A stretch of 64,000 nucleotides of DNA from contig DAOUBR010000079.1 of NCBI GenBank assembly GCA_034432535.1, positions 20,290-84,289 on the forward strand. Reading direction: 5' to 3'. Made by a program: the position numbers and the translations under genes. This stretch comes from Anaerolineales bacterium. Its GTDB lineage: Bacteria; Chloroflexota; Anaerolineae; Anaerolineales; Villigracilaceae. The notes under the pieces were generated by a model, which saw only the letters and a program-made list of their open reading frames with translations, was not told the origin of the DNA and ran no database searches. This document shows positions 1 to 9,400 of this stretch, in pieces. Position 1 is the first letter of the stretch; every line of letters starts with the position of its first letter.

Positions 1-1
1 G

Positions 2-280
2 GGCGGGCTGCAACTGGTGGAGTTTTTCCGCTTCACTTGAGGAACCTGCCGCGCGATGGCGCCCATAGTTCATGGGCTGGAAGCGAAGTATTACGGAAAA
101 ATCAAGTTCGTCTTTTTAGACGCGGACGACCTCGCCACGAAGAAATTTCAAAGCGAGCTCGGGTTTTATTACCAGCCGGAATTTTATCTGCTGGACGGGA
201 ACGGAAACGTGCTGAAAAAATTCGTAGGGTATGTTGAGCCGCAAGATTTTGAAGCCGAGTTCGCAAAACATTTGCCGTAG
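2..280 (+). CDS. thioredoxin-fold protein (5' end outside window) with in-frame TGA at first redox-motif position (T-U-G-T-C); candidate selenoprotein
   Basis: Frame 2 reads GGLQLVEFFRFT-TGA(38..40)-GTCRAMAPIVHGLEAKYYGKIKFVFLDADD...YLLDGNGNVLKKFVG. This matches the thioredoxin pattern VDFWAxWCGPCKxIAP...GKL...D, with the TGA at the first Cys. Hairpin GCCCAT/ATGGGC lies at 61..77. The ORF track starts only at the Met after the motif (56). Confidence 0.6.
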
Positions 281-301
281 GCTCTTCTTTCGAGGCGCTA
301 T

Positions 302-335
302 AATTTTCAGGCGAGATTCGCCTGAAAATTTTTTA
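302..335 (+). terminator. rho-independent terminator after thioredoxin-like gene
   Basis: 13-bp stem AATTTTCAGGCGA / TCGCCTGAAAATT with a 3-nt loop, running into a T-tract (329..335). Confidence 0.65.
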
Positions 336-364
336 ACGAATAATGGCGGCACGGAGGACGACAG

Positions 365-1036
365 ATGAAAAACCCAAGACTGGCTCGCGCAATTTACGGC
401 GGAAGCGCGCTCAGCGCGCTGACGTTACTTTTCTTCTCGCTATCGCTTGGCGGGTGCGGATTTTCTTCCGCCACGCCCACGCCGGACGTCGCATACATTG
501 AGGCATTGGTGCAGACCAGCATCGCCTCCATGCCGACCTTCGCGCCCAGCCCCACCCCGCCGCCCGCCGAAGTCCCGCCGACGGCGACGGCGACCGCGTC
601 CCTGCCTACGCCCACGCTCACGCTGATTTTTCAGCCCTCGCCAACCGCCACCCCCAGCCTGACGGAATGCCCGCTGATTGTGACGCTGACGGATACCAAA
701 GCGGGCGATCTGCTTCACGTGCGGCGCTGCGAAGATAATCTGGAATACGATTTAGGTCCCCTCGCCAAGGGCGTTTACGCCGCCGGACCGAATTACAAAT
801 TTATCGTCTATGTCGCCAACAACGGTTACTTATACGCGGCGCGCGTCGGGGAGGATCATCTCTCCCTGCTGAAAGATTTAGTCAAGGAAAGAAATTACAC
901 GGCGGTCAATCGCGGCGTTCCCCCGCGCTTTGTCATCTCCTTCAGAGGCGAAGCGCCGTATTATAAAATCATCCTCTACGAAGGGCGTTTTGCGCAGAAA
1001 TACGAATACTCCGTGCCAGCCTGGATGGCGGAGTGA
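365..1036 (+). CDS. putative lipoprotein with Pro/Thr-rich linker, function unknown
   Basis: N-terminal signal peptide with lipobox-like LSLGGC, then a PT-rich low-complexity linker and a globular C-terminal part. SD-like GGAGGA lies upstream. Confidence 0.6.
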   Translation: MKNPRLARAIYGGSALSALTLLFFSLSLGGCGFSSATPTPDVAYIEALVQTSIASMPTFAPSPTPPPAEVPPTATATASLPTPTLTLIFQPSPTATPSLTECPLIVTLTDTKAGDLLHVRRCEDNLEYDLGPLAKGVYAAGPNYKFIVYVANNGYLYAARVGEDHLSLLKDLVKERNYTAVNRGVPPRFVISFRGEAPYYKIILYEGRFAQKYEYSVPAWMAE

Positions 1037-1056
1037 ATCTCCGCGCCGAAAGAGGA

Positions 1057-1090
1057 AACGCCCCGTCGAGAAATTTCGGCGGGGCGTTTT
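1057..1090. terminator. bidirectional hairpin terminator between convergent genes
   Basis: AAACGCCCCG ... CGGGGCGTTT stem flanked by A-run/T-run, between the 365..1036 (+) and 1104..2459 (-) genes. Confidence 0.6.
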
Positions 1091-1103
1091 GCAAAAAACG
1101 TCG

Positions 1104-2459
1104 CTAGGACTCAGCGGGCCGTTTCGAGTCCGCAATCGCTCTTTGGATGTTTACAAAAGGCAGCAAAATCAGCCCGGCGACGAAGAAGAAAATCAGCGAG
1201 AGTATCGCGTAGCGCAAATTGCCGAACCATTGATTCGCCAGCCCAAAGACCAGCGGACCAATCCACGACGTGCCGCGCTCGCTGACTTCGTAGAACGAGA
1301 AAAATTCGGCTTCTTGCCCGTCGGGAATCATCTGCGCGAACAGGCTGCGGCTGATGGCTTGCGAGCCGCCCATCACCAGCGCGATGAGCGCGCCGAGGAT
1401 GAAGAACTGCAGGGTGGCGCTTTCGCCTTTTAAGCCGCCGTAGGCGTAGATGACCACGCCCGCCCAGATGACCAGACTGACGACGACGGATTGCTTCGCG
1501 CCAATCCAGCCCGCCAGTTTGCCCCAGAAGAGCGCGCCAAAAAACGCGACGAATTGAATCATCAAGATAACGGAAATCAGCGTGGATTGTTCCAATTCCA
1601 GCCCGCCTTGAATGAGCGGCGCGGCGGCGAAGGTGGAAGCGACGGCGATGACGGTTTGAATGCCGTCATTATACAAAAAGTAAGCCGCCAAAAATTTAAG
1701 CGTTTCAGGAAAATGCTTGATTTCACGGAAGGTCTTCGACAGCTGCTTAAAGCCGACGCTGACGTACGTTTCGCCCGTCGGCAGGGCGCGCGCAGCGTGA
1801 CGCGGGCGCAGTCTCGTCCAGGTGAAGAAGGAAAAGCCCATCCACCACACGCCCGCCGAAGCGAGGTTGAGGCGAATGGCAAGACCGCCGGGGACGCCCA
1901 ACGCTTCGCTGAACGTATAAAACGCCAGATTCAGTGCCAACAAGATGCCGCCGCCCAAATACCCCATCGCCCAGCCGTAAGACGATACGCGGTCGCGTTC
2001 TTCTTCCGAAGCGACGTCGGGCAAATACGAGTTGTAAAACACGATTGCGGCGCCAAAAGCGAGGTTGGCGATAATAAAGAGAACGCCGCCAAGCCACCAA
2101 AGCCCGCCGGCGACAAAGAACAGCAAAATCGTCGCCAGCGCGCCAATCATTGCAAACAATTGCATCATTTGTTTTCGCAAATGAGAATAATCGGCGATTG
2201 CCCCTAAAATCGGCAGGAACAACACTTGCATTCCAACGGAAAAAGAAATGCAATAAGGAAAAAACGAATCCGGCGCGACGGGAACGCCGAAAAAGGAGAC
2301 GGTCGCTGAGTTCGCCGCCTGAGCCGCTTCGCGCGCCAGCGAGGCGACATAGGGGCCAAGAAAAACCGTCCCGACGGTGGTGCTGAACGCAGAGTTCGCC
2401 CAGTCGTACATCGCCCAGCCGAAAATTTCCTTCTTATCATTGACAATCGCTTCTTCCAT
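1104..2459 (-). CDS. MFS transporter, UMF1/Atg22-like family
   Basis: 451 aa with about 12 predicted TM helices. N-terminal GWAMYDWANSAF motif is typical of the UMF1 family. Confidence 0.75.
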   Translation of the reverse strand: MEEAIVNDKKEIFGWAMYDWANSAFSTTVGTVFLGPYVASLAREAAQAANSATVSFFGVPVAPDSFFPYCISFSVGMQVLFLPILGAIADYSHLRKQMMQLFAMIGALATILLFFVAGGLWWLGGVLFIIANLAFGAAIVFYNSYLPDVASEEERDRVSSYGWAMGYLGGGILLALNLAFYTFSEALGVPGGLAIRLNLASAGVWWMGFSFFTWTRLRPRHAARALPTGETYVSVGFKQLSKTFREIKHFPETLKFLAAYFLYNDGIQTVIAVASTFAAAPLIQGGLELEQSTLISVILMIQFVAFFGALFWGKLAGWIGAKQSVVVSLVIWAGVVIYAYGGLKGESATLQFFILGALIALVMGGSQAISRSLFAQMIPDGQEAEFFSFYEVSERGTSWIGPLVFGLANQWFGNLRYAILSLIFFFVAGLILLPFVNIQRAIADSKRPAES

Positions 2460-2529
2460 CGCTCATCCTCCTTACAGGCGTATAGTTTGGGGGAGTATAC
2501 TACTTTAGCGGAAAAAGACAAAATCGGAG

Positions 2530-3519
2530 TTGCTTGAATATCCAGTAAGCGCTATCATTAGCGGCGTGCCAAAAGTCTTTCCTCCCCTCTTTCCAGACGA
2601 GACGACGCTATCGTCGGAAGAGATTCAATCCCTGTTGGATTCTTACGCCGCGCAAAAGAAAACGGGGCTTCTGCGGCTGACCTACGCGCTGGATAAACGT
2701 CTATATTTTCTCTTCAAACTCGGCGTTCCGGTCAACGTCTATCTGGTGACGCCGGAGCGATGGGAAGAGTTCTCCCCCAAAAACAGCGCGAGCTGGATTC
2801 GCTCGGCTGAAAACGCTTCCGTGAAAACCTTGCCGCTTTCGCTGGAAGGACAGAGAGTCGTCAAAACGTTGATTCAATCGCAAAATATTCTTGAAACAAA
2901 AATCCTGAAAAATCAAGAGATTTCAACGAAAATCGCCGAGGTAAAATCCAGCGGCGAAGCCGCGTTGCTGCGCTTTCGCTGGCAAAACGCTTCGGGCGCC
3001 GCATTAATTCACGGCGAGGAATCGCGCTTTGTTTTCTTCTCGCCGAAAGCGGCGCTGGACGAGCAAGGCGACTGCTGGGCGTTTTACGAATGGGAAGAAC
3101 CAGAGTGCGCCCTGACGGTCTTCGCGCCGGACCTGGAAGAGGGGGCGTGGGGAGAATATTTCCTGCGCCGCGCGTTCAAAAAGATTTGCGATCTCAGCCT
3201 CGCCCGCTTTGAAACGCTCGCCGGTCAGGGGCTGGTTGAATCGCTATCGAGATTAATCAACTTGTCCGCCAGCCGCCAGCTGGTGGAAATTTACATCGCT
3301 CGCGGCGAATTGATTGAAAACGAGCTCTTCGCTTCGCCACGGCAAGCGCTTTACAACTACCGCCGCATGCAGGCGGAGATGTTCGAGCATTTTTCGTCGG
3401 TGATTGGGTCGCCGCTGTACGTCCAGACGATAAAGGAAGCCGCCGCTCATTTGCCGCCGCCAGAGATTCAAACTCTCCGCAAATTTGAGTTGCTACCCAA
3501 AGGATATTTGAATGACTGA
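2530..3519 (+). CDS. hypothetical cytoplasmic protein
   Basis: 329-aa ORF with coding-like composition and no TM segments. TTG start is uncertain. Its stop overlaps the start of the next gene (ATGACTGA). Confidence 0.5.
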   Translation: MLEYPVSAIISGVPKVFPPLFPDETTLSSEEIQSLLDSYAAQKKTGLLRLTYALDKRLYFLFKLGVPVNVYLVTPERWEEFSPKNSASWIRSAENASVKTLPLSLEGQRVVKTLIQSQNILETKILKNQEISTKIAEVKSSGEAALLRFRWQNASGAALIHGEESRFVFFSPKAALDEQGDCWAFYEWEEPECALTVFAPDLEEGAWGEYFLRRAFKKICDLSLARFETLAGQGLVESLSRLINLSASRQLVEIYIARGELIENELFASPRQALYNYRRMQAEMFEHFSSVIGSPLYVQTIKEAAAHLPPPEIQTLRKFELLPKGYLND

Positions 3520-4297
3520 CAACGGAACGCCGCGTCTTGCGTCGCGCGCATCAACCATTAGCGCAATTTATATAGCGACGGCTGTTTTGCTAACTCTCGC
3601 TTACCTTATCGTTTTTATCTACCGCCCGCTTTCGGCGGAAAGCAACGAAAGTTTCCTTAACCTCGTCACCCCGCTGTCGGCAACCGTCTTGGCGGCGATT
3701 GCCACGGCGAATTATTCAAGCTACCGCCCGCAGGACCTGCCGCGCAAGGTCTGGTTTAACCTGATGACGGGCTGCTGGCTTTGGGTAAGCGCCGAAGTCT
3801 TGTGGATCGCGCTCGACGCGGACTTGAGCGCAGCGGACGCGGCGTGGTTCGGCGGCTACGTTTTTTTCACGCAGGCGTTTTACAATCAATACGCGATTAT
3901 TTTCCCTAAAAACAAGAAACTCATTTTGCTGAGCGCCGTCGGCGCGTGGGCGGTCGCGTTGCTGACGCCTCTGCTCGGTTTTCTCGGCGAAGAATTTACC
4001 TTTGCGAATTACCTTAATTACTACTATCCCATCGCCGATTTTTTCATCGCCGCCGCCGGGCTGGCGCTGATTTTCGTCTTTCGCGGCGGCGCGTTGCTGC
4101 GCCCATGGATTGGGCTGGTTGTTTTCGGCTTTTCAGATTTGTTCTACGCCTGGGCGAATCAGGCGGGGTTTTACGAAACCAACGAGGCGCTGACGCTGGC
4201 AATTTCCGTCAGTTACCTCGTCGCTTACCTCATCTACGGGCACGGATTTTTGGAACACTGGCTGCTGCTTACCTACGGGCTGAAACGCAAAAGCTAA
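3512..4297 (+). CDS. hypothetical polytopic membrane protein (7-8 TM)
   Basis: 261 aa made of successive hydrophobic helices. ATG overlaps the stop of the upstream ORF. Confidence 0.55.
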   Translation: MTDNGTPRLASRASTISAIYIATAVLLTLAYLIVFIYRPLSAESNESFLNLVTPLSATVLAAIATANYSSYRPQDLPRKVWFNLMTGCWLWVSAEVLWIALDADLSAADAAWFGGYVFFTQAFYNQYAIIFPKNKKLILLSAVGAWAVALLTPLLGFLGEEFTFANYLNYYYPIADFFIAAAGLALIFVFRGGALLRPWIGLVVFGFSDLFYAWANQAGFYETNEALTLAISVSYLVAYLIYGHGFLEHWLLLTYGLKRKS

Positions 4298-4328
4298 CCT
4301 CCCGTTGGAGTTCCCCTTTTATTTTATT

Positions 4329-5651
4329 ATGTTTGAAACCCTTGCCGGAAGACTGAATAAAATTTTTGATTCCCTCCGCAAGCGCGGAAAACTTTCCGAA
4401 GCGGACGTGGACGCCGCCATGAAGGAAGTCCGCCTTGCGCTACTCGAAGCGGACGCGCATTTTAGCGTGGTGAAGAGCTTCATCGCGCGCGCGCGCGAAC
4501 GAGCCGTCGGCGCGGAAGTTTCCAAAGCGCTCAATCCCGGGCAGCAAGTCGTCAAAATCGTTCACGAGGAATTGATTGCCACGCTGGGCGAACCCGCCCC
4601 GCTGAATCTGATCGGGCCCAAGCCGCGCGTTATCATAATGGTCGGCTTGCAAGGCGCGGGCAAGACCACCGCGGCGGGTAAACTCGCCCGCTTGATGAAA
4701 TCCAAAGGCGAGCGCGTCCTGCTTGCGGCGTGCGACCCCTATCGCCCGGCGGCGGTTCAACAATTACAGCAGCTCGGCAAGCGGATTGACGTGGAAGTGG
4801 AAGCGGATTCTTCCCTGACTCCGCCGCAGCTCGCCAAACGCGCGTTGGAAAAAGCCGAAAAAGGCGGCTACTCGCTCCTTATCATAGACACCGCCGGACG
4901 CTCGCAATTAGACGCGCAGTTGATGGACGAACTCAAAGCCATTCACGCCAACGTCAAAGCGGCGGAGATTTTGCTGGTAGTGGACGCGATGATTGGTCAG
5001 GAAGCGCTGAACATAGCGCAAGGCTTCCGCAACGCGCTTCCGCTCACTGGTCTGCTGATGACCAAAATGGACGGCGACGCGCGCGGCGGCGCGGCAATCT
5101 CCGTGCGCGCCGTCACCGGCGTTCCTATTAAGTTCCTCGGCACGGGCGAAAAACTCGACGCGCTCGAAGCCTACGACCCGGCGCGGCTCTCTTCCCGCAT
5201 TCTCGGCATGGGCGACCTTATCGGCTTGATTGAAAAAGCCGAAGCCGCCTACGATATGGAAACCGCTGAACGCCAGGCGCAAAAGATCGTCAAGGGCGAG
5301 TTCACGCTCGAGGACTGGCTGGAACAAATGAAACAGATGAAAAAGATGGGTCCCCTTTCGCAAATTTTGGAAATGCTGCCCGGCGAGATGGGCAAAGCGG
5401 CGCGCGGCGTGGACCCCAATCTTGTGGAATCTTCCTTCAAACAGACCGAAGCCATCATCAATTCCATGACGCTGAAAGAGCGGCGCAACCCCGATATTTT
5501 GAACGCTTCGCGCCGCAGGCGAATTGCCGCGGGGTGCGGTATGGAAGTGCAAGATGTAAACCGCCTGATCAAGCAATTCCGCGAGGCGCAAAAATTGATG
5601 AAAACCCTGCAAAAAACCGGCGGCAAAGGCTTGGGGCGGCTTTTCGGTTAG
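4329..5651 (+). CDS. ffh: signal recognition particle protein Ffh
   Basis: MFETLAGRLNKIF N-terminus, GTPase motifs GLQGAGKTT and DTAGR, and a Met-rich M domain. Start placed at ATG 4329 rather than the TTG at 4305. Confidence 0.95.
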   Translation: MFETLAGRLNKIFDSLRKRGKLSEADVDAAMKEVRLALLEADAHFSVVKSFIARARERAVGAEVSKALNPGQQVVKIVHEELIATLGEPAPLNLIGPKPRVIIMVGLQGAGKTTAAGKLARLMKSKGERVLLAACDPYRPAAVQQLQQLGKRIDVEVEADSSLTPPQLAKRALEKAEKGGYSLLIIDTAGRSQLDAQLMDELKAIHANVKAAEILLVVDAMIGQEALNIAQGFRNALPLTGLLMTKMDGDARGGAAISVRAVTGVPIKFLGTGEKLDALEAYDPARLSSRILGMGDLIGLIEKAEAAYDMETAERQAQKIVKGEFTLEDWLEQMKQMKKMGPLSQILEMLPGEMGKAARGVDPNLVESSFKQTEAIINSMTLKERRNPDILNASRRRRIAAGCGMEVQDVNRLIKQFREAQKLMKTLQKTGGKGLGRLFG

Positions 5652-5689
5652 CGCGTTATTAAACACTGACGAACGAGAGGTCGCGCCTT

Positions 5690-6241
5690 ATGCGTGTTCG
5701 AAAAAATCTCAGCGGAGACCTGGAAAACATTCAACGCTTTCTGGACGTCTTGGGAAACGGTTTGATTGCCCTCAGCGGCAAGCAACTCGTGCGCCCGGAA
5801 TTCTTCCTCATGGCGCACGAGTTCATTCAAAAGAATATTCTTTCCGTGTTCTTCAAAAAAGAGGAGATTCTGGCGCGCGTGTTGACGGAAAACGGTTTCG
5901 CCGAAGAGGATGGACCCGTCGGCGCGCTCAAAGAGGGGCGGCGCAAGAGCGGCGAAGCCGCCGACGTTTTGCTGAAAGCCGCGCGGCTGTGGCAGGTGGG
6001 AGATGAAGAGTCGCGCGCCGACGTAATTTGGGCGGCCAGCGAGTTTAATACCGTCACGCGCCAGCATTTGGAACGGTTGAAAAACCTGATTTTCCCGCTT
6101 TTGGAACAGACCATCCCCGTGGACGACGAGCATAAAATTTCCGAGGAAATGAGCCAGATTGCCGCCGCCGCAGGCGCGGATTACGCGCTGTGGGGCGGAC
6201 AGATTAACAAACTCGAAGAAGAGCTCAGCGACTGGTTATAA
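5690..6241 (+). CDS. hypothetical protein, possibly hemerythrin/HHE-like four-helix protein
   Basis: 183 aa, SD GAGAGG upstream. Contains H...E-rich helical segments (HEFIQKN...KKEEIL, HLERLKNLIFPLLEQ...DDEH). Family assignment is weak. Confidence 0.45.
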   Translation: MRVRKNLSGDLENIQRFLDVLGNGLIALSGKQLVRPEFFLMAHEFIQKNILSVFFKKEEILARVLTENGFAEEDGPVGALKEGRRKSGEAADVLLKAARLWQVGDEESRADVIWAASEFNTVTRQHLERLKNLIFPLLEQTIPVDDEHKISEEMSQIAAAAGADYALWGGQINKLEEELSDWL

Positions 6242-6247
6242 AAAAAC

Positions 6248-6269
6248 GCGCCCCGCAAACGCGGGGCGC
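6248..6269. terminator. hairpin terminator
   Basis: GCGCCCCGC-aaac-GCGGGGCGC, preceded by an A-run and followed by TTCATTT. Confidence 0.6.
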
Positions 6270-6277
6270 TTCATTTC

Positions 6278-6395
6278 TTAACTTAACGTCAGTTCGGGAT
6301 AAGCGTCCCGAAGGCTAAATTTGACCCTTGAAGTCGCTCGCACAAAGCCTTCGGGACAGTTCACAAGGCTTATCCCGAATTCTGGTTAACTTAAC
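6278..6395. repeat. nested-palindrome MITE-like element (copy A) flanked by 10-bp direct repeat TTAACTTAAC
   Basis: Direct repeats at 6278..6287 and 6386..6395. Outer arms TTCGGGATAAGC (6293..6304) / GCTTATCCCGAA (6368..6379). Inner arms GTCCCGAAGGCT (6305..6316) / AGCCTTCGGGAC (6346..6357). The core recurs at 13865..13964. Confidence 0.6.
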
Positions 6396-6401
6396 CGCAG
6401 G

Positions 6402-9400
6402 CTACGGGACGGGGACATAATACTGAATGACGAGCTGCGGACGATACGCCGCAAGCGCTTCGCCGGAATAGAACTTGACGAGGTCGGCGACGAAGTTTCG
6501 ATTCGTCGGAAGCGAGAAGCGCAGGCGGAATTGAACGGTATCGCTCAATGGAAGCGCGGCTTTGGCGGAATTGATGAGCGGGGCGTTATACCACCCCCCC
6601 GAATCGGGAGTCTTGCCAACCACGCCCGCAACCGTATCCAGCGAGGGAAGCGCCTCAAAATCGCTCGTTTCCAGCCCTGGGCTGCCGCCGAATTGCGGGA
6701 CGGACATATTGACGAACAGGCTGCCGTGCGTCATGAAGGGGTTGCGACCGACCACGCCTGCGTTCTTCATCTTGAGCGTGGCGGAAGAAATGACCGCGCC
6801 AGCAGGCAGGTTAACCTGGAAGCTCAGCACGGAGCGATATTGCCGATTATCGGCGGAATCGCCCAAAAACAGGACGCTGTTGCGGTTCAAAGAACCGCCC
6901 GTCAGATTCAACGCGGAAGAAGACAAAATCCAGCCGTCTTGCAGGGGCGCGACGGGGGTCAGGGTCGTCATGCGTTGCACGGCAACTTGCAGCGAGCCGT
7001 TCACATAGTTGATGGTATAGTTTCCGCCCGCGTTCGCGCCGGAGCAGATAATATCGTAGCGCGCCACGCTGGAAACGCTGGCGCCGGGAGCGGAACAAGT
7101 CGGCGGAGTGAAGCCCGGCGTGAAGAAGCTTTCGCCCGGGACAAAGCCGGTAACTGTGTAAGTGTAAACCGGCAGGCTCGTGTTGACGTAGGCAATTTTG
7201 TTATCCGCCGTAACGGTAAGCAAAGCGGGGGAAATGGTCGCCGAGTCGGTATTTTGCGTTGGCGAGCCGTAATTCGCGCCGTTGTTGCCGTCGTTGATAT
7301 AAGGCGTCAGCGTGCGCGCGCCGGCGTTTTTCGAATCGAAAGTCTGATAGACCGAATCGCCGGCAAAGAGCAATGTGGAGCAATCGGTCGCGCCGTTGCA
7401 CAGCGGAGAGACAGCCGAAGCGTTGGAGCCGTCGTAGTTTTTATTCGCGCCGCTTGCGACGGAATCGACGGAGGCAATAAACGCCTGATTCGGCGGGCAG
7501 GAAATATCGGGGTCAATATCCGCGTTGTAAGCGGCGCAGCCCGCCGCGCTATACGGGTAAATATCGGCGGTCAGCCCGATGATCGGCGCGTCGTCGAGCC
7601 TGTAATAGACGGCGTCCGTCCCGGTGAGCGTCCCGCTGGCGGAGACCGGCTTGTCCGCGCCGACGTGCTTATCTCCAAGGACGCCTTCGGTCACGGAAAC
7701 GCTCACGTTGGAATAGGCAGGCAAGACGCCGTCAAAGGTGAGCGCGCCGGGGGTCACTGTCACCGTATTGGTTCCGTTGTATAGGCGGCTGAAAGCGGTC
7801 AAGCCGCCGGTGATGGTCAGCGTGCGTTTGGTAATTTCGCCGGTAGATACGGAAACGGTCGTAATTTGATAATTATTTCCGCCGTTGTCGTCGTCAATCG
7901 GGAGAGCGACGATTTGCATTTCCTTGCCCGTCCCGATGTTCATATTGTCAAATTTCTGCTCCCACGTCCCGGGGGCGTCGCCCGCGACCAGAGAGCCGGA
8001 GGTAATCACCGGGGTTTCGTCGGAAGAATCCGTTCCGTCAAATTCTTTGGTATCCGCGACGGAAGAAACAGTCAGCGGGCGTCGAGCGACGGTCAGGTTC
8101 GCGCTGCCTGCGCTGGGCGAATAAGTAATATCGCCGGCGAAGGAGGCGACGACTCCCTCGCCCGGGTTGGAAGCGAAATACTCGCCCGCGTTCACTCTGA
8201 GCAAAACGCCGGACAGCGTGGCGACGCCGCTTGCGTTGGTGACCGCGCTGCCGAGGCTCGCGCCGTTGTTGAAGTTGAAATCCACCGTGCGCCCGACGAC
8301 GGGCAACCCGTTGGAGAGCAAAGTAGCCGAAAGCGAGACGGTATCGCCGTAGGTCGCATTAATCGCGCCGACCGTCAAACCCGTCGGCGGCAGTTCGCCG
8401 ACCACAAAATCGGAAGAAGCGCCGAGCGTGGTAAAGCCAGCGTTCACCGCGACGCTCATCATCGGGTCGGCGACGGAATCGCGCGCGTAGTTCGCCAGCT
8501 CAGGGACGAACCATGGCGGCGTGGTGGAAGGCGTGGTCTGATATTTGCGAACCATAAAGGCGGAGGGATTCGCGCCGGCGTCTATGTGCGCGTTTTGGAA
8601 GCCAAACTCAGCCTGAAAAGCGGAAGAGACGAAGCCGCCGCCCGTCGTTAACTTCCAGTAACGATTGACGTTTTTCAGTTGATTAATGCCGGAGGTGGCG
8701 ACCGCGGCGTGCTCGGTAGGCGTGACGGGAACGGCGGCGGTTACGAAGCCGGCCGTCGTCACGTTCATATTGGAGACGATGAGCGGGCGATAACCGTTCA
8801 CGTCGCCGACGGCGAAGTTGAAAGATTGCCCGGCGCCGACGTTGAAGGATTTCTTCAACTGGGCGACGTAGATATACGAGCGTTCATTGCCGCCGATAAG
8901 CGTTCCGCCTGCATTAATGGCGATGACGATGGAAGAAGAGCTGCCCGTCATCACGCCGTTCGTCAGGTTGAGAACGTCTGTGATGGTGGTATTGCCTTTG
9001 ACAAGCAAGCCCGCGCCTGTGTTGTTGACCGTCAGATTGGGGAAGGTTGTCACGCCGTTGATGGTCTGCTGCGCGGCGCCATTGAAGACCACCGTTCCGG
9101 TTCCGGTGAAAGAGCCGTACGTCCCGCGCGTCCAGTTGCCGCCGACGGTCAGGGTTTTATCCGCAATGTTTAGCGCGCCGACGTTGCTAGTGGCGCTGAG
9201 CGTCAGGTTGCCGGGCACGTTTAAATTGTCTTGAAGGTTGACCACCGCCGTGCCGTTGATGTTGAAGTTGCCGTTGATGATCGTGCCGGCTGGGATAGTT
9301 TTGATTCCGCTGCCGGCGAAGGTCAGCGTGTAGTAAGTGGATTCCTTAACCGTCTGACCTCCAGCCAGATTGTAAGTGACCGTGTTGCCCGGCGTGGAAG

